Part shown: positions 1-12,546 of the stretch, piece by piece
How positions within the stretch are numbered: the stretch's first letter is position 1
Layout of the letters: each line of letters opens with the position of its first letter
Source: Malacoraja senta
Taxonomy: Eukaryota
Direction of reading: 5' to 3'
DNA length: 64,000 nucleotides
NCBI GenBank assembly: GCA_038087875.1
Contig: CM075991.1
Location: 2,728,001-2,792,000, forward strand
The notes under the pieces: generated by a model
What the model saw: the letters and a program-made list of their open reading frames with translations, nothing else
Database searches by the model: none
What the model was told of the DNA's origin: nothing
Program-made: the position numbers and the translations under genes

Positions 1-2832
1 CTTAACCGGACCATAGTCCCAATAGACTGTTGAGTTAGACAATAACTCATGCAACACTGTGCAGAATTTTATCTGCAAATATCCAGACATATTCAACCAA
101 ATTTTATCATTTATTAACACACACTATGTAAGCCTCTTGCTGTAAGATGAAAGGGAAAATATCCATTCTATTGGCTGCTAATGAGCCATCAGCAATATCT
201 TGAGACTATTGAATAACAAAAAAGAAACTATCTTTCATCTCATAGGCACTAGCAAACTCAGTGCACTTGTATACCCCCGATCTCTGCTCTGGTGGGTATG
301 CTGTCAACTTCAAATGTACGCAATCCTGCCCATTTTGCTTATGAGATCATTCACATAACAAGCTACCCTAATGTCAATTATGACCTAGAGTCCAAGCCAG
401 AGATTGAGTAAAGACTGTGTTCTTTGTGCTGAGATCAGTTGCTGAAAGCATAATCATCTTAAAAATACTGCTCCCATTAGGAATATAGTAGAAGAATATT
501 TGCATAATAATTTACTGATATACATCGCAAACTACAATGAGTGTAGGCTATTAGAGTGGTCAAATAAAATACACCCTGCATAACGTTAGTGAACAGCGAG
601 TGAATAACCAATCATTTATTGTCCCACTTATGGTACTATAGAGAATGACAAAGCAGCACAAGCAATGTCAATTGTGCTATCACACAAACGCTTCTCTAGG
701 CTCAAACTGAAAGCCACACAAACCTCTGTTACTTCAGTTTAAAAGTAACTCACATATGTTGTTCACAAGCTTCTCATACAATCGTGCAGAGCTAGCTGCC
801 CGAGAAGACAGGCTGCCCCAGGCATCACTCATGACTGAGTAAATAAGAGTTGCTTCAGCCACCTTACCATGGCGTGAAAATAGGCAAAATTGGCACTATT
901 AAATTTCATGTTGCCTTATTTTTAATATCGCAAAAGGTATCTACTGATATCCCCTATGTTTCATCAGCTGCAAATTTTTGCATATTACCTAAAACTCGAT
1001 GACACAATGCCCTAATCTGAGTAGGGCAGTATAGGCTTTCACCACAGGCTTTGTTATCAAAAAACACCAGAATCTGTGTCTCATGTGTATAGATATGGCA
1101 GAGTATGCAACTTCAAGATCGATTCTCTGAATTAGTTAAAATGCTGAAAGCCAATCATCCATCTTAAACTGGGTAATTAAACCCATGATCAGATTAGCCA
1201 AATGCTAACCCGATTCGGCCTGCACCATGTTTCTGTAAACTTGAGAAGTATCTGAAATATATCCCTCTAGTCCTTGGCCAGACCACTCATCCTCGGATGA
1301 GCTGTCACTGATTGCACTCGGAACCCCTGTTCCTCTATTGACCATACGGACGGAAATTTTTTAGCTTCTCTTGATGCATTATCTAGTTATTCATACATTT
1401 CGCTGATAACATATAATCAGAACCTTATGACTAGAGCTGAAACCACAGTCTCCCTTTGATGTGGGAATACGAGTTCCCTGTCAACTCTAGACTAAGAGTC
1501 ACCACAAATACTCAGCCGTTTTCCCTCAGATTAGAAATTAGTATAATGCAAGCCTGAATCAGGAATTGCCTCGCAGTCCTTTGACTGAAACCACTTGTCT
1601 GAGTCGCCAGAGTGCACAACACAATCTCTTCGACCCGCCACTCAATCAGGAATACTGGTATTGAGAGCCTACGTAATATTATAAATACATTGTTGATTCA
1701 CAACATGAACCTGCAGGTCAGATAACAATTATATTATATGCCAGACCAGCTTCCTGCTGGTAATACCTATCCCAGAGAGGATGGCAATGATGATTCCAAT
1801 GAACTGGCAACTCTACTAACTGAGGAGAAATTAAACCACGTGTTGAGGAAGGCTTCAACTACTTCATTCTACTGAGCAGTCTGATAACCTCAATCACAGA
1901 TGATGAGGCAATGCTTCCCTGGTCAATATGACCCATATGGCCAGCCAGTTCCATGATGGTCTACCCTGAACCAGGGTAAACAAACTGTTCCTACTTGGAA
2001 CTTACACAGAGGTTACTATGCAAGGCACCTTGCCAATATCTCTACATCAACCTGATCTATCCCAGAGACAGTGAAAACCCACTAGACAGCCCATGCTGCC
2101 AGTAAACCCAAACCTGGGCTGACAGACTGTTCCATTTCGGAGTTTACGGAGGTTAATAACGAGACATTACTTACCAGCGTCTCTGACCCTGGGTCGATTT
2201 GCTTGTTGGAGCTTCAGCGAGGTTCCATTTGCAGACCCTGTCTGTCATGCTTGTCATTTCTGTTAGATAGCTGATGCCGCTGGCCAACTCCTCTTGTAGT
2301 GGCTTGTCCGTCCCCGAGGGAACAGTAAATTTAGAGGCAAGAGCAGGCAGCTCTTCCTTATGCGATTATCGCACATCATGCATTAAAGCATAGGATTCAG
2401 GCAAATAGTCATGTTCGGAGTCATGTTCGGAGTCAGTTCCATACTGATCTCTGACACTCTCTTAGAGTGGGAGAAATATTGCACCCCGAACCAGGCGTTG
2501 CCACATGCGTATGCCTCGGACTGCCTGTGCATGCTTCCGTAACACGGAGCATATTTTGTGATACCATCTCTGATGAACAATGGACAAATTAATCCTGATG
2601 CACTGTCACTTTACACGTACCCACAACTTTCATCTTGTCTATTTTTTACAGTTTTTAATCCTTATACTTGCTTTTAAGATCTATACACACGGTGTGTGCT
2701 CGCAGAAATCTGTGTTGTATGACTGCTTATCAGTACATTGTCCTGTTTGTATGTTGAGCCACGCCAAAGAAGATTTTCTGTTACGACAGACAATAACGTT
2801 TTCTGAATCTGAATCTGAATCTGATAGTCTTT

Positions 2833-3195
2833 CGAGTGGGAGGAATATTTCAACCCTGAACCAGGGGTAGCTACAGGCATATGACTTGAACTGCCTGTGC
2901 ATGCTTCCGTAATACGGAGCATAATATTTGGCACCATCTCCATCACTTCTTTCATCCGTGGGAGGAATATTGCAACCCTGAACCAGGAGCTGCCTCAGGC
3001 ATATGTGCATATACTTTGGCACCATCTCCACCACTCCTTTCATCCGAGTGGAAGGAATATTGCAACCCTGAACCAGGAGCTGCCTCAGGCATATGTGCAT
3101 ATACTTTGGCATCATCTCAACCACTCCTTTCATCCGAGTGAGAGGAATATTGCAACCCTGAACCAGGAGCTGTTGCCTGACATGCCTTCGTAACA
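2833..3195. repeat. 90-bp tandem repeat (~3 copies plus a longer variant unit) within the DIRS gag region
   Basis: aggaatattgcaaccctgaaccaggagctg recurs at ~2963, 3053, 3143 (variant at 2841); diverged relatives at ~2465 and ~3605. Confidence 0.9.
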
Positions 3196-3944
3196 TGGAG
3201 CATTTCTCGTGCCACCATCTGATTCATCAGATGTTCTAATTGAGACAAATGCCCAATCACATCTGCCATAGATGTGGGGACAGAATCCCTTTGACCCAAA
3301 TCGTCCGACAGGACTTGTCCCACAGACTTGGCTTTGACTTTGCCCTGACTTGGGGTTGTCAAGCTGCTCCCTCTAGGAGCCGAACCGGAACTAGCTGTCA
3401 TGATCGGCACTCTGTCGGTATAAATCATCATTATTTATTATACTTACCAGACAGGTTGCACCTGCTAGTGATTCAGAGTCCTTACTCCCTTCTGGAGCCC
3501 CAACGGAGTATTTCAGGGAGGGACTGGAGTGCCTCTGGCCCCATATGACTCGGATGAGCCGGCATTATAATCGAAGTCACCTCTTCCTGATAGTCGGCTA
3601 GACAGAGTGGGAGAAATACTGCAACCCTGTACTAGGTATAGCTCCACAAGGCTTCCCAAGCCAGGAGCTCTTTTCTGGAGCCTCAATGGAGTTCCTCCGA
3701 ACAGCCACCCACTCCAGTGGAGTCCCATACTCTGTCGAAAAGTCGTCAAATTTTCTACACCATATGGTGTATGATAATAAATTTCCTATCTGCTGCGATA
3801 GTCACAAACGTGACCGAACAGCAACTGCTATTAAAAACTGCCAGCTCTATTTTTAACTACCTCAACCAGTTCTTCAGATTTTGACTTAAATTAAAGAGCT
3901 ATGTGTAATATATCCAGTGCCCCTACGAATAGAGCACACACTAT

Positions 3945-4235
3945 ATGCTGATACCAGCGTATGCTGCCTCAGCAGCATTTCTATGTTTAAAATTTATAGG
4001 CACTATGGCAGACTGTAATGCTAATACCAGCATACGCTGCCTCAGCAGCATTTCTATGTTTAAAACTTTTATAGGCGCTATTGCAATCTATAATGCTGAT
4101 ACCAGCATATGCTGCCTCAGCAGCATTTCTATGTTAAAACTTTTATAGGCGCTATTGCAATCTATAATGCTGATACCAGCATATGCTGCCTCAGCAGCAT
4201 TTCTATGTTAAAACATTTATATAGGCCCTATGGCA
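3945..4235. repeat. ~74-bp tandem repeat, 4 copies, each with internal hairpins
   Basis: atgctgataccagcatatgctgcctcagcagcatttctatgtt starts at 3945, 4018, 4093, 4167. Confidence 0.93.
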
Positions 4236-4704
4236 GCCGTTCGCTGCCCTGGTCGCGGCTAACACCGGTCGCTGTAAACTTAGCAGTGATACGAAACGTA
4301 GCCGTGGCTATATTAATACACCGTCTGCTGCTATTTTTAGCAGCGAGTTCCCAAGCCGTACCGGCAGCCCAAACTCCTAATGGAGTTCCACGGTGGCTAA
4401 AATCCGGCCGGCAATAATGAAACCGAGCTCCTATGGAGCTTCCACGGCGGCCTCCGAAATCGGCCACCTGCACCCATACGGAGCTCCAATGGCGGCAGCC
4501 GCCAAGAGCGGCCGCCTCCATGAGCTACTCTGGGACCGCTGTCGCAGTGTCCCGCTGAAAGTAAAATTTACTTACCTGCCAGAGCAGTTGCGAACTGCTC
4601 CGACCCACCGCATTGCGTTCTCACGTATGGACGCGCATGCGGACTGGCGGGCTCTTCACGTAGTCACTCAAGTGACTTTGAAATAAAATAACCAGAGCCA
4701 AATC

Positions 4705-5955
4705 TGGGTGTTGGGGAAAGTCAACAGCTTCAAGTTCCTGGGCGTGTACATCTCTGTAGCTCTGTCCTGGGCCCAGCATATTGATGCAATCACAAAGAAA
4801 GCTCGGCAATGCCTCCATTTCATTCATCATTTATTTCAAGAGCAAGAGCAAGCATTTATTTCAAGAGGGCTGGAATACAAAAACATGGATGTAATGTTGA
4901 GGTTCTATAAGGCGCTGGTCAGGCCGCAGTTGAAGTATTGCGAGCAATTGTGGGCACCATATCTGAGGAAGGATGTGCTGGCTCTGGAGAGGATCCAGAG
5001 GAGGTTTACAAGAACGTTCCCAGGAATGAGTGGGTTAACATATGATGAGCGTTTGACGACAATGGGCCTGTACTCGCTGGAGTTTAGAAGGATCGGGGGG
5101 GGACATCATTGAAACTTACCGAATAGTGAAAGGCTTGGATAGAGTGGATGTGGAGAGGATGTTTCCACAAGTGGGAGAGTCTAGGACCGGACATCCATTT
5201 AGGAAGCTGACGAGGAGGAATTTCTTTAGTCAGAGGGTGGTGAATCTGTGGAATTCTTTGCCACGGAAGGCTGTGGAGGCCAAGTCAATGGATATTTTTA
5301 AAGCAGTGATAGATAGATTCTTGATTAGTATGGGTGTCAGGGGATATGGGGTTAGGAGGGAGAGATAGATCAGCCATGATTAAATGGCGGAGTAGACTTG
5401 ATGGACAGAATGGCCTAATTCTACTCCTATCACATGACCTTATGATAAGTTTGAGGCGATTTAGCATACCGCTGAATAGTCTATCAAACTTTGCAGGTTC
5501 CTGTTGCAATATTGCCTGGTTCAGTAACTCGACCCTCCAAATCCTAGAATGAAGGAGGCTACAGAAAGTGGTGGGTGTTGCCCATTTAACAATGGTTATT
5601 GACCTCCCCACCATCAAAGGGATCTACAGAAAAGAATGCCTCAAGAAGGCATTTAATATCAGCAAAGATAGACACAAAAAGCTGGAGTAACTCAGCGGGA
5701 CAGGCAGCATCTCTGGAGAGAAGGAATGGGTGACGTTTCGGGTCAAGACCCTTTGTCATACTTTGTGTCTATCTTCGGTTTACATAGAAACATAGAAAGT
5801 AGGTGCAGGAGTAGGCCATTCGGCTCTTCGATGGCTGATCATCCGGAATCTGCAGTTCCTTCTTACACATTTAATATCAGCAAGGACTCGCAGTACCCTA
5901 TCCATGCTCTCATCTCGCTGCTGTCATCTGGAAGAAGGTGCAGGAACTTGAGATC
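4705..5955 (+). mobile_element. Rex1/Babar-type LINE 3' fragment interrupted by a CR1 fragment and a Penelope-derived repeat
   Basis: VNSFKFLGVYIS..LSWAQHIDAITKKARQ (4708) resumes at ~5447 as LRRFS..IAWFSN..DLPTIKGIY..HALISLLSSGRR. Confidence 0.8.
4850..5445 (+). mobile_element. CR1/HER1 LINE 3' fragment
   Basis: YKALVRPQLKYCEQLWAPYLRKDVLALERIQRRFT...FFSQRVVNLWNSLP. Confidence 0.9.
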
Positions 5956-5959
5956 AAGT

Positions 5960-7595
5960 AGCATGAATATAGAAGCTTGGCGGTGGTCATGTTACAGTTG
6001 TACAAGACATTGGTGACGCCACATTTAGAGTATTGTGCACAGTTTACGTCACACTCTTATAGGAAAGATGTCGCTAACCTAGAAAGGATGCAGAAAAGAT
6101 TTACGAGGATGTTGCCAGGGCTTGAGTGCCTGAGCTGCAGCGAGTGGTTGCGCAGACTAGGACTCTACTCCTTGGAGTGCAGGAGGATGAGGGGTGATCT
6201 TATTGTAGTGTACAAAATTATGAGAGGAATAGATAGTAGCAATGTTACAAAATTTTGAGATTTTAAAAATCAAGTCTGCAATTTATCCCATCAGATAAGG
6301 CATAAAAAGAAGTTTAATTTGACACCTAATTCACTTTCATATCTTCAGTATTCAAAAAGTTATGGCCATTTTCATACTCTGCAAATTAGCATCTTGTTCC
6401 CTATTGCTTTTCCATTGACTTAACTCAAAAGCTGTGATCGAGGACAGTCAAAAGCCCATAACTTTCTTAAAAATTAAGAGAACTGAATGAAATGTTCAGT
6501 TATTATAGATTGAAGCATTCTGAAACAAATATGAAACAATCTTACTTGGATGACCTGAAATTAAAGCATATAATTAGTTAGTTACCTAATTGTAGCTAAT
6601 TACAAAATTCAATTACTAGATCTAAACATCTATCCATTTCTTAAGAAAAAGTTAACATTTTTAAATAGCCTAAGTGTCCAAATAATATTCACACAAGAAT
6701 TCACAATATAACATGATTTTTAAATCTCATTGTCATGAATTTATAGGCCAAATGGAAGGAATCTAATGTTTAATTCCCGTACATTAATGGGCATTTTAAT
6801 CATCATGCGAGTGGGTTTTTGTGGAACGCGATCAATTGGAACGATGCGGTCATGTTACGATATGAACCCCATATCGGCAGGAAAAACACTGCCGGTTCAT
6901 ATGGGGCCAAAATCACATTTTCGCCAATGAAATTTGGATTAAAGTCATCCTAAGAAGCAAGTTTATATGTAAAATAAACGACTTACCTTATGTTTTGTCC
7001 CCGACATGAGATCCGTCCCATTGTAGGCATTGACGGCGTTAGAAGTAGCTTTTTATTTTACTACAGGGATTAAATTGTCCCGTAATTTAAAAAAAATAAT
7101 TCTGAGAACGGAAGTCGGAACGATTTTTCTGCAGCAGCTGAACAGCCTGAGAAAGTTCGACTCCGCAGGCAGGAGAAAACGGCATTTTAATCCCCCCCCC
7201 CCCCTCAAAGGCGCCAAAGTCACGCACATGGCCAGTGGCAGAACTGCAGCGCCGCTGAAGGTAAGTATTGTAACATCGCTATAGATAGGGTGAATGCACA
7301 GAGTCTTTTACCCAACATAGGGGAATGAATCAAGATCCAGAAGACATAGGTTTAAGGTGAGGGGCAGGGGGGAAAGATTTAATAGGAACCTGACGAAAAT
7401 GTTTTTACACAAAGGGTGATGGGTGTATGGAACGAGCTGCTGGAGTAGTAGTTGAGGCAGCTACTATCATAATGCTTAAGAAACATTTAGATGGGTATAT
7501 GGATAGGATAGGGTTAGAGGGATATGGGCCAAACGCAGGCAGGTGGGACTAGTGTAGGCATGATGGTTGGCGTAGGCAAGATGGGCCAAATAGCT
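5960..7595 (+). mobile_element. CR1 LINE 3' fragment split by a 1-kb TIR element
   Basis: LYKTLVTPHLEYCAQF...RRMRGDLIVVYKIMRGID resumes at 7282. Confidence 0.85.
6237..7281. mobile_element. Non-autonomous TIR DNA transposon (~1045 bp), copy 1, 7-bp TSD tagatag
   Basis: Termini tagcaatgttacaa / ttgtaacatcgcta; TSD 6230-6236 and 7282-7288; full-length homologue at 30213-31253. Confidence 0.9.
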
Positions 7596-7744
7596 TACTT
7601 TAGCAACAAACTACTGTAGGCTTTGTATAGCGTTGCCCAACATACTTTGGCTTGCAGCTGTTATCAGGCAACTGAACCATCCTATCCCAACTAAAGAGCA
7701 GTCCTGAACTAATATCTAATTCTTTCGAGTCCCTCAGACAAACA

Positions 7745-8462
7745 GTCTGTTTTTTCGTCTTAAAAAAAAAAATTATAGTGTGTGTTAAACGTTTGTGTAA
7801 ATGTTCTCCGGTTTGTTTTATGTGGGGGGAGGGGGATGGGTCGGGGGAATTTTTGTTTCAGTTTCTTACCTTGCCGGAGATGCGATTAATTTTCGCATCG
7901 CATTCTCCGGTCGCTCTGCGGCCTACCATCGATGGAGCTGGAGGCCTCCTCAGACTGACCTTGGGCCCCACTGCGGGGCGTGGACTGACATCGGAGTCAT
8001 CCGTTGCCTGGGATCGCTCCAACCGTGGCCTGCGGACTTTATGTCTGGAGCTCGCAGTCTCGGGAGAGGCCGTGGATGTCGAGAGCTCCAATGTCGCGGC
8101 AGGTTCGACCAGCCCCAACATGAGGTTCGAGCGTCCGGCGCGGGGGAGTTGCCATCCCCTCGATGCAGGAGCTGATCGCCTCGAAGCAGAGGGCCCGCCG
8201 CCAGCTACAGGATTCACGATCATCCCGTCAACAGGAGGCTGGAGGCCCCCGACCACGGGAGACCTAATGGAAGAGATTGAACTTCTTTTCGCCTTCCATC
8301 ACAGAGGAATGTGGAGGAGTCAATGTGGTGGATGTTTATGTAAAAATGTGTTTTGTGTGTTCCGTTGCTTTTTATTTGTATGACTGACTTGGAAAATGAA
8401 ATTCCTTGTATGTTGCAAAACATACTTGGCTAATAAAGTATTATTGCGGTTGTGATTGTGAT
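7745..8462 (+). mobile_element. GC-rich non-coding interspersed repeat with AATAAA plus microsatellite tail (probable non-autonomous retroposon)
   Basis: Same architecture as 42015-42955 and 45820-46650; ends aataaagtattattgcggttgtgattgtga. Confidence 0.55.
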
Positions 8463-9104
8463 CTTTACTGGCTTTATCTTGCACTAAACGTTATTCATGA
8501 TATTTCCTTTATCATGCATCTGTACATTGTGAGTGACTCGATTGTAATCATGTATTATCTTTCCGCTGACTGGTTGGCACGCAACAAAAGCTTTTCACTG
8601 TACCTCGGTACAGGAGACAATAAACTGTGCTGTTAAGGTCTGCTTGATGGACACAAAATGCTAGAGTTACTCAGCGGGACAGGTAGCATCTCTGGATAGA
8701 AGGAATGAGTGACGTTTCGGTTCGACACCCTTCTTCAGTCTGATTACCTTGTAAAACTGATAATTTAAGGTATTGTTTATCTATCGTAGCATTATTTGTT
8801 GTGTTGTTATATTTAATGTGTCTCTAAAAGTGCAGTCATTAGTAATTTTAGACAGGGGGGCAGGAGTAACTCAGCAGGTCAAGCAAGCTCCCTGGAGAAC
8901 ATGGATAGGTGATGATTCGGATTGGGACCCTTCTTCAGACCATCACCTATCTATCTCTGTACTCCAGCGATGCTGCCTGACCCGCTGAGTCACCCCAGTA
9001 TGTTGTGTCTTTCCTTGGTAAACCAGTTCCTTGTTTCTGCAAGTAACCATTTTTAATTGTTATGTTGCCGGTGCATAAGAGAATTAAACATTCTGGACCC
9101 TCTG

Positions 9105-9770
9105 TAGTTTAGTTTAGAGATACAGCGTGGAAACAGGCCCTTTGGCCCACCGAGTCCGCACTGACCAGCGATCCCCGCACATTAACACTATCCTATACAC
9201 ACTAGGGACAATTTACATTTATACCAAGCCAATATAGGCAAAAATAAGCTTTGTGGCTTCAGCCTATTCCTTTTTCGGTCATTGATTATGTGAACGTTGT
9301 GTGAAATGGATACAGTGTTGGTTCATATTCACACAGATTGTAAAGTTTTGTTCTTTTTAATGAATGACCGAAATAAACTATTCATTCATTCATTCATTCA
9401 TTCATTCATTCATTCATTTAATTAGCCTACAAATCTGAAAGTCTTTGGAGTGTGGGAGGAAACGAGAGATCACGGAGAAATCCCACACGGCCACGGGGAA
9501 AACGTACAAATTCTTACAGACAGCACCTGGAGTCAGGATTGAACCTGGGTCTCCGGAGCTGTAAGCGCTATAAAGCAGCAACTAGACAATAGGTGCAGGA
9601 ATAGGCCATTCGGCCCTTTGAGCCAGCCATTCAATGTGATCATGGCTGATCATCCCCAATCAGTACCCCATTCCTGCCTTCTCCCCATATCCCCTGACTC
9701 TGCTATCTTTAAGAGCCCTATTTAACTTTCTTGAAAGTATCCAGGATACCGCTGTGCCACTGTGCCGCCC
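9105..9770 (-). mobile_element. HE1-type SINE with nested insertions and a (CATT)n tract (9379-9418)
   Basis: Reverse complement of the SINE at 25457-25761; (tttag)n tail at 9105. Confidence 0.8.
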
Positions 9771-9867
9771 CAACTCTCATCTGCTTTCATGAATATAGAG
9801 TAATGATAACTAATCTAATTAACTTCAAAAGGTAACCCAAAGGGTAAAAAAGTGAAATGGGTTTTAG

Positions 9868-10227
<360 letters not shown>

Positions 10228-11179
10228 TAGACAAGATGACTGCCATTGAGGAAACATACTGAAAATCATGAATTATGTTGTTAAGTGGAGAATTTAAGAT
10301 AAGGTTCCATGAGTTTACTCAGTATTTGGGGACAACGGGTTGTAGTTTTAGCGGTCTACGCCGTGACTTTTATTTTGAAACAGTATACATGAGAACATTG
10401 TCGAGGAGGAGGAATAATCAGGAAGAATATATGCGTTGGAATTATGCTTTCTTAAGGATATATTATTGTCAAGAAATGTGTAGGAAGGAACTGCAGATGC
10501 TGGTTTAAACCGAAGATAGACACAAAATGCTGGAGTAACTCAGCGGGACAGGCAGCATCTCTGGAGAGAAGGAATGGGTGACGTTTTGGGTCGAGACCCT
10601 TCTTCAGACTAGTTAGGGGAAAATGAAACGAGAGATAGGGACAGAGATGTAGAAAGATATAGAATAAATGAATGAAAAATATGTTTTAAAAAAGTAACGA
10701 TGATAAAGGCAACAGGCCATTGTCGATCTCAGTCTCAAGAAAGTCTATTTTGAGAATAATATATGAGACCATGAGGAGGAAAAGAAATTGCTTCCCCCAC
10801 GACCTGTAAACTTCTGGCCTCAACAATAACAGTCAGCTGTGAAGGAGGGAGTTCCATCGTTTTGACCCAGCAATGGTGAAGGAACAGCAATATATTTCTA
10901 AGTCAGGATACCTCCAGCTTGGAGGGCAGCTTCAAAGTGGTGGTGTTCCCTTGCTTTTGCTGTTCTTGTCCTTCCAGCTGGTAGAGGAGGTGGGTTTGGA
11001 AGGTGCTGAGCAAGGGGAGCTGGTGAGTTGCTGCAGTGCATCCTATAGATGTTACAAACTGTATGATATCGATACAGTGCGTCAGTGGTGAAGCTGCTCT
11101 GCCCCGTGTGGTATCGAGTTGGTTGGTTGAAGCTGCACTCTCCAGGGCTTTTGAAACTAACAATTCTCTTCATTGGCAG

Positions 11180-11264
11180 CAATGACTGGGTGAACACGTA
11201 CTATGTGCAGTTCAGCAACGACAGCCGTACATGGATGACGTATACAGATGGATATTACGATTGG
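11180..11264 (+). CDS. AEBP1: AEBP1 exon: NDWVNTYYVQFSNDSRTWMTYTDGYYDW
   Basis: ggcag acceptor, gtatgt donor; FSNDSxTW discoidin motif; 85 nt keeps frame. Confidence 0.92.
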
Positions 11265-11421
11265 GTATGTATCTCACACAAAGGTAGATGTATTTGAATT
11301 AAGTATCATTCACTCATTGGGTACATCATCGCACACTAATGGATGTACCGGGCATTTAGCAGGTATGTGATTAACTATGTATAAAGCATACCCAATACAC
11401 TATGAATTGCACTAAGGAGTC

Positions 11422-12546
11422 TTGGTGTTTAATACCATCATCCCCTCCAAGCTGGTTTCCAAGCTCTCAGATTTGGGTCTCTGCGCATCCCTCTGCAATT
11501 GGGTTCTCGACTTCCTCATCCACAGACCACAGTCTGTCCGTATTGGTGGAAATGTGTCATCCTCGATAACAATCAGCACGGGAGCACCTCAAGGCTGCGT
11601 GCTCAGCCCTCTGCTTTACTCACTCTATACTCATGACTGCGTAGCCGGACATAGTGTGAACTCCATCATCAAGTTCGCCGACGACACTGCTGTTGTGAGA
11701 CACATCACTGATGGGGACGAGTCAGAGTATAGAAGTGAGATTAACCAACAGATCAAATGGTGCCAGCACAATAACCTGGCTCTCAACACCAGCAAAACCA
11801 AGGAACTGATTGTGGACTTTGGAAGGGGTAGGATAGGGACTCACAATCCCGTTTATATTAACGGGTCGATGGTGGAAAGGGTCAAGAACTTCAAATTCCT
11901 GGGCGTGCACATTTCCGAAGATCTTTCCTGGTCCCAGCACACTGATGCAATTATAAAGGAAGCACATCAGCGCCTCTACTTCCTGAGAAGATTACAGAGA
12001 GTCGGTATGTCAAAGAGGACTCTCTCGAACTTCTACAGGTGCACAGTAGAGAGCATTCTAACTGGCTGCATCGTGGCTTGGTTTGGCAACTTCAGCGCCC
12101 AGGAGCGGAAAAGAATGCAGAACGTTGTGACCACTGCCCAGTCCATCATCGGCTCTGACCTCCGCACCATCAAAGGGATCTATCGCAGTCACTGCCTCAA
12201 AAAGGCTGCCAACATCATCAAGGACCCTCACCATCCTGGCCATGCACTCATCTCTCCGCTGCCATCAGTAGAAGGTACACGAGCCTGAAATCTGGTACAT
12301 CCAGGTTCAGGAACAGCTGCTTCCCCAAAGCCATCAGGCTATTAAACTCGCCATCAGACAAACTCTGAACAATAACAGCCTATTGCACTGTATCTGTTTA
12401 TTTATGTGTATATATATGGTCTATGCTATATAGACACACTGAACCGTTATGTATTTATGCTTACAATAATCTGTTGTGCTGCAGCAAGCAAGAATTTCAT
12501 TGTCCTATCTGGGACACATGACAATAAACTCTCTTGACTTGACTTG
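11422..12546 (+). mobile_element. 5'-truncated Rex1/Babar-type LINE with 288-codon open RT C-terminal half
   Basis: [37 protein letters not shown]; (cttga)n tail; possible TSD gagtct. Confidence 0.9.

Larger units (their letters stand above)
1..4690 (-). mobile_element. Decayed, internally deleted DIRS1-like (tyrosine-recombinase) retrotransposon, running off the window start
   Basis: Minus-strand hand translation: gag-like EELPALASKFTVPSGTDKPLQEELASGISYL (~2263-2356), RT-like IDLEVAYSAISIHMRHR (~1074-1123), YR-like STIDIACAALS / HSLFTNVMQGVF (~570-690), SAQRTQSL (409-432), AYPPEQR (~281-301), in DIRS order; many stops and frameshifts; right boundary approximate. Confidence 0.7.

Noticed and set aside
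3945..4235. CRISPR-like array of palindromic repeats
   Set aside because: Intervening sequences are near-identical rather than unique spacers; no cas genes; vertebrate context
7778..8383. Long overlapping ORFs (also 42071-43014 and 46042-46657) as novel genes
   Set aside because: GC-rich repeats open in several frames on both strands, with no domain motifs or splice support
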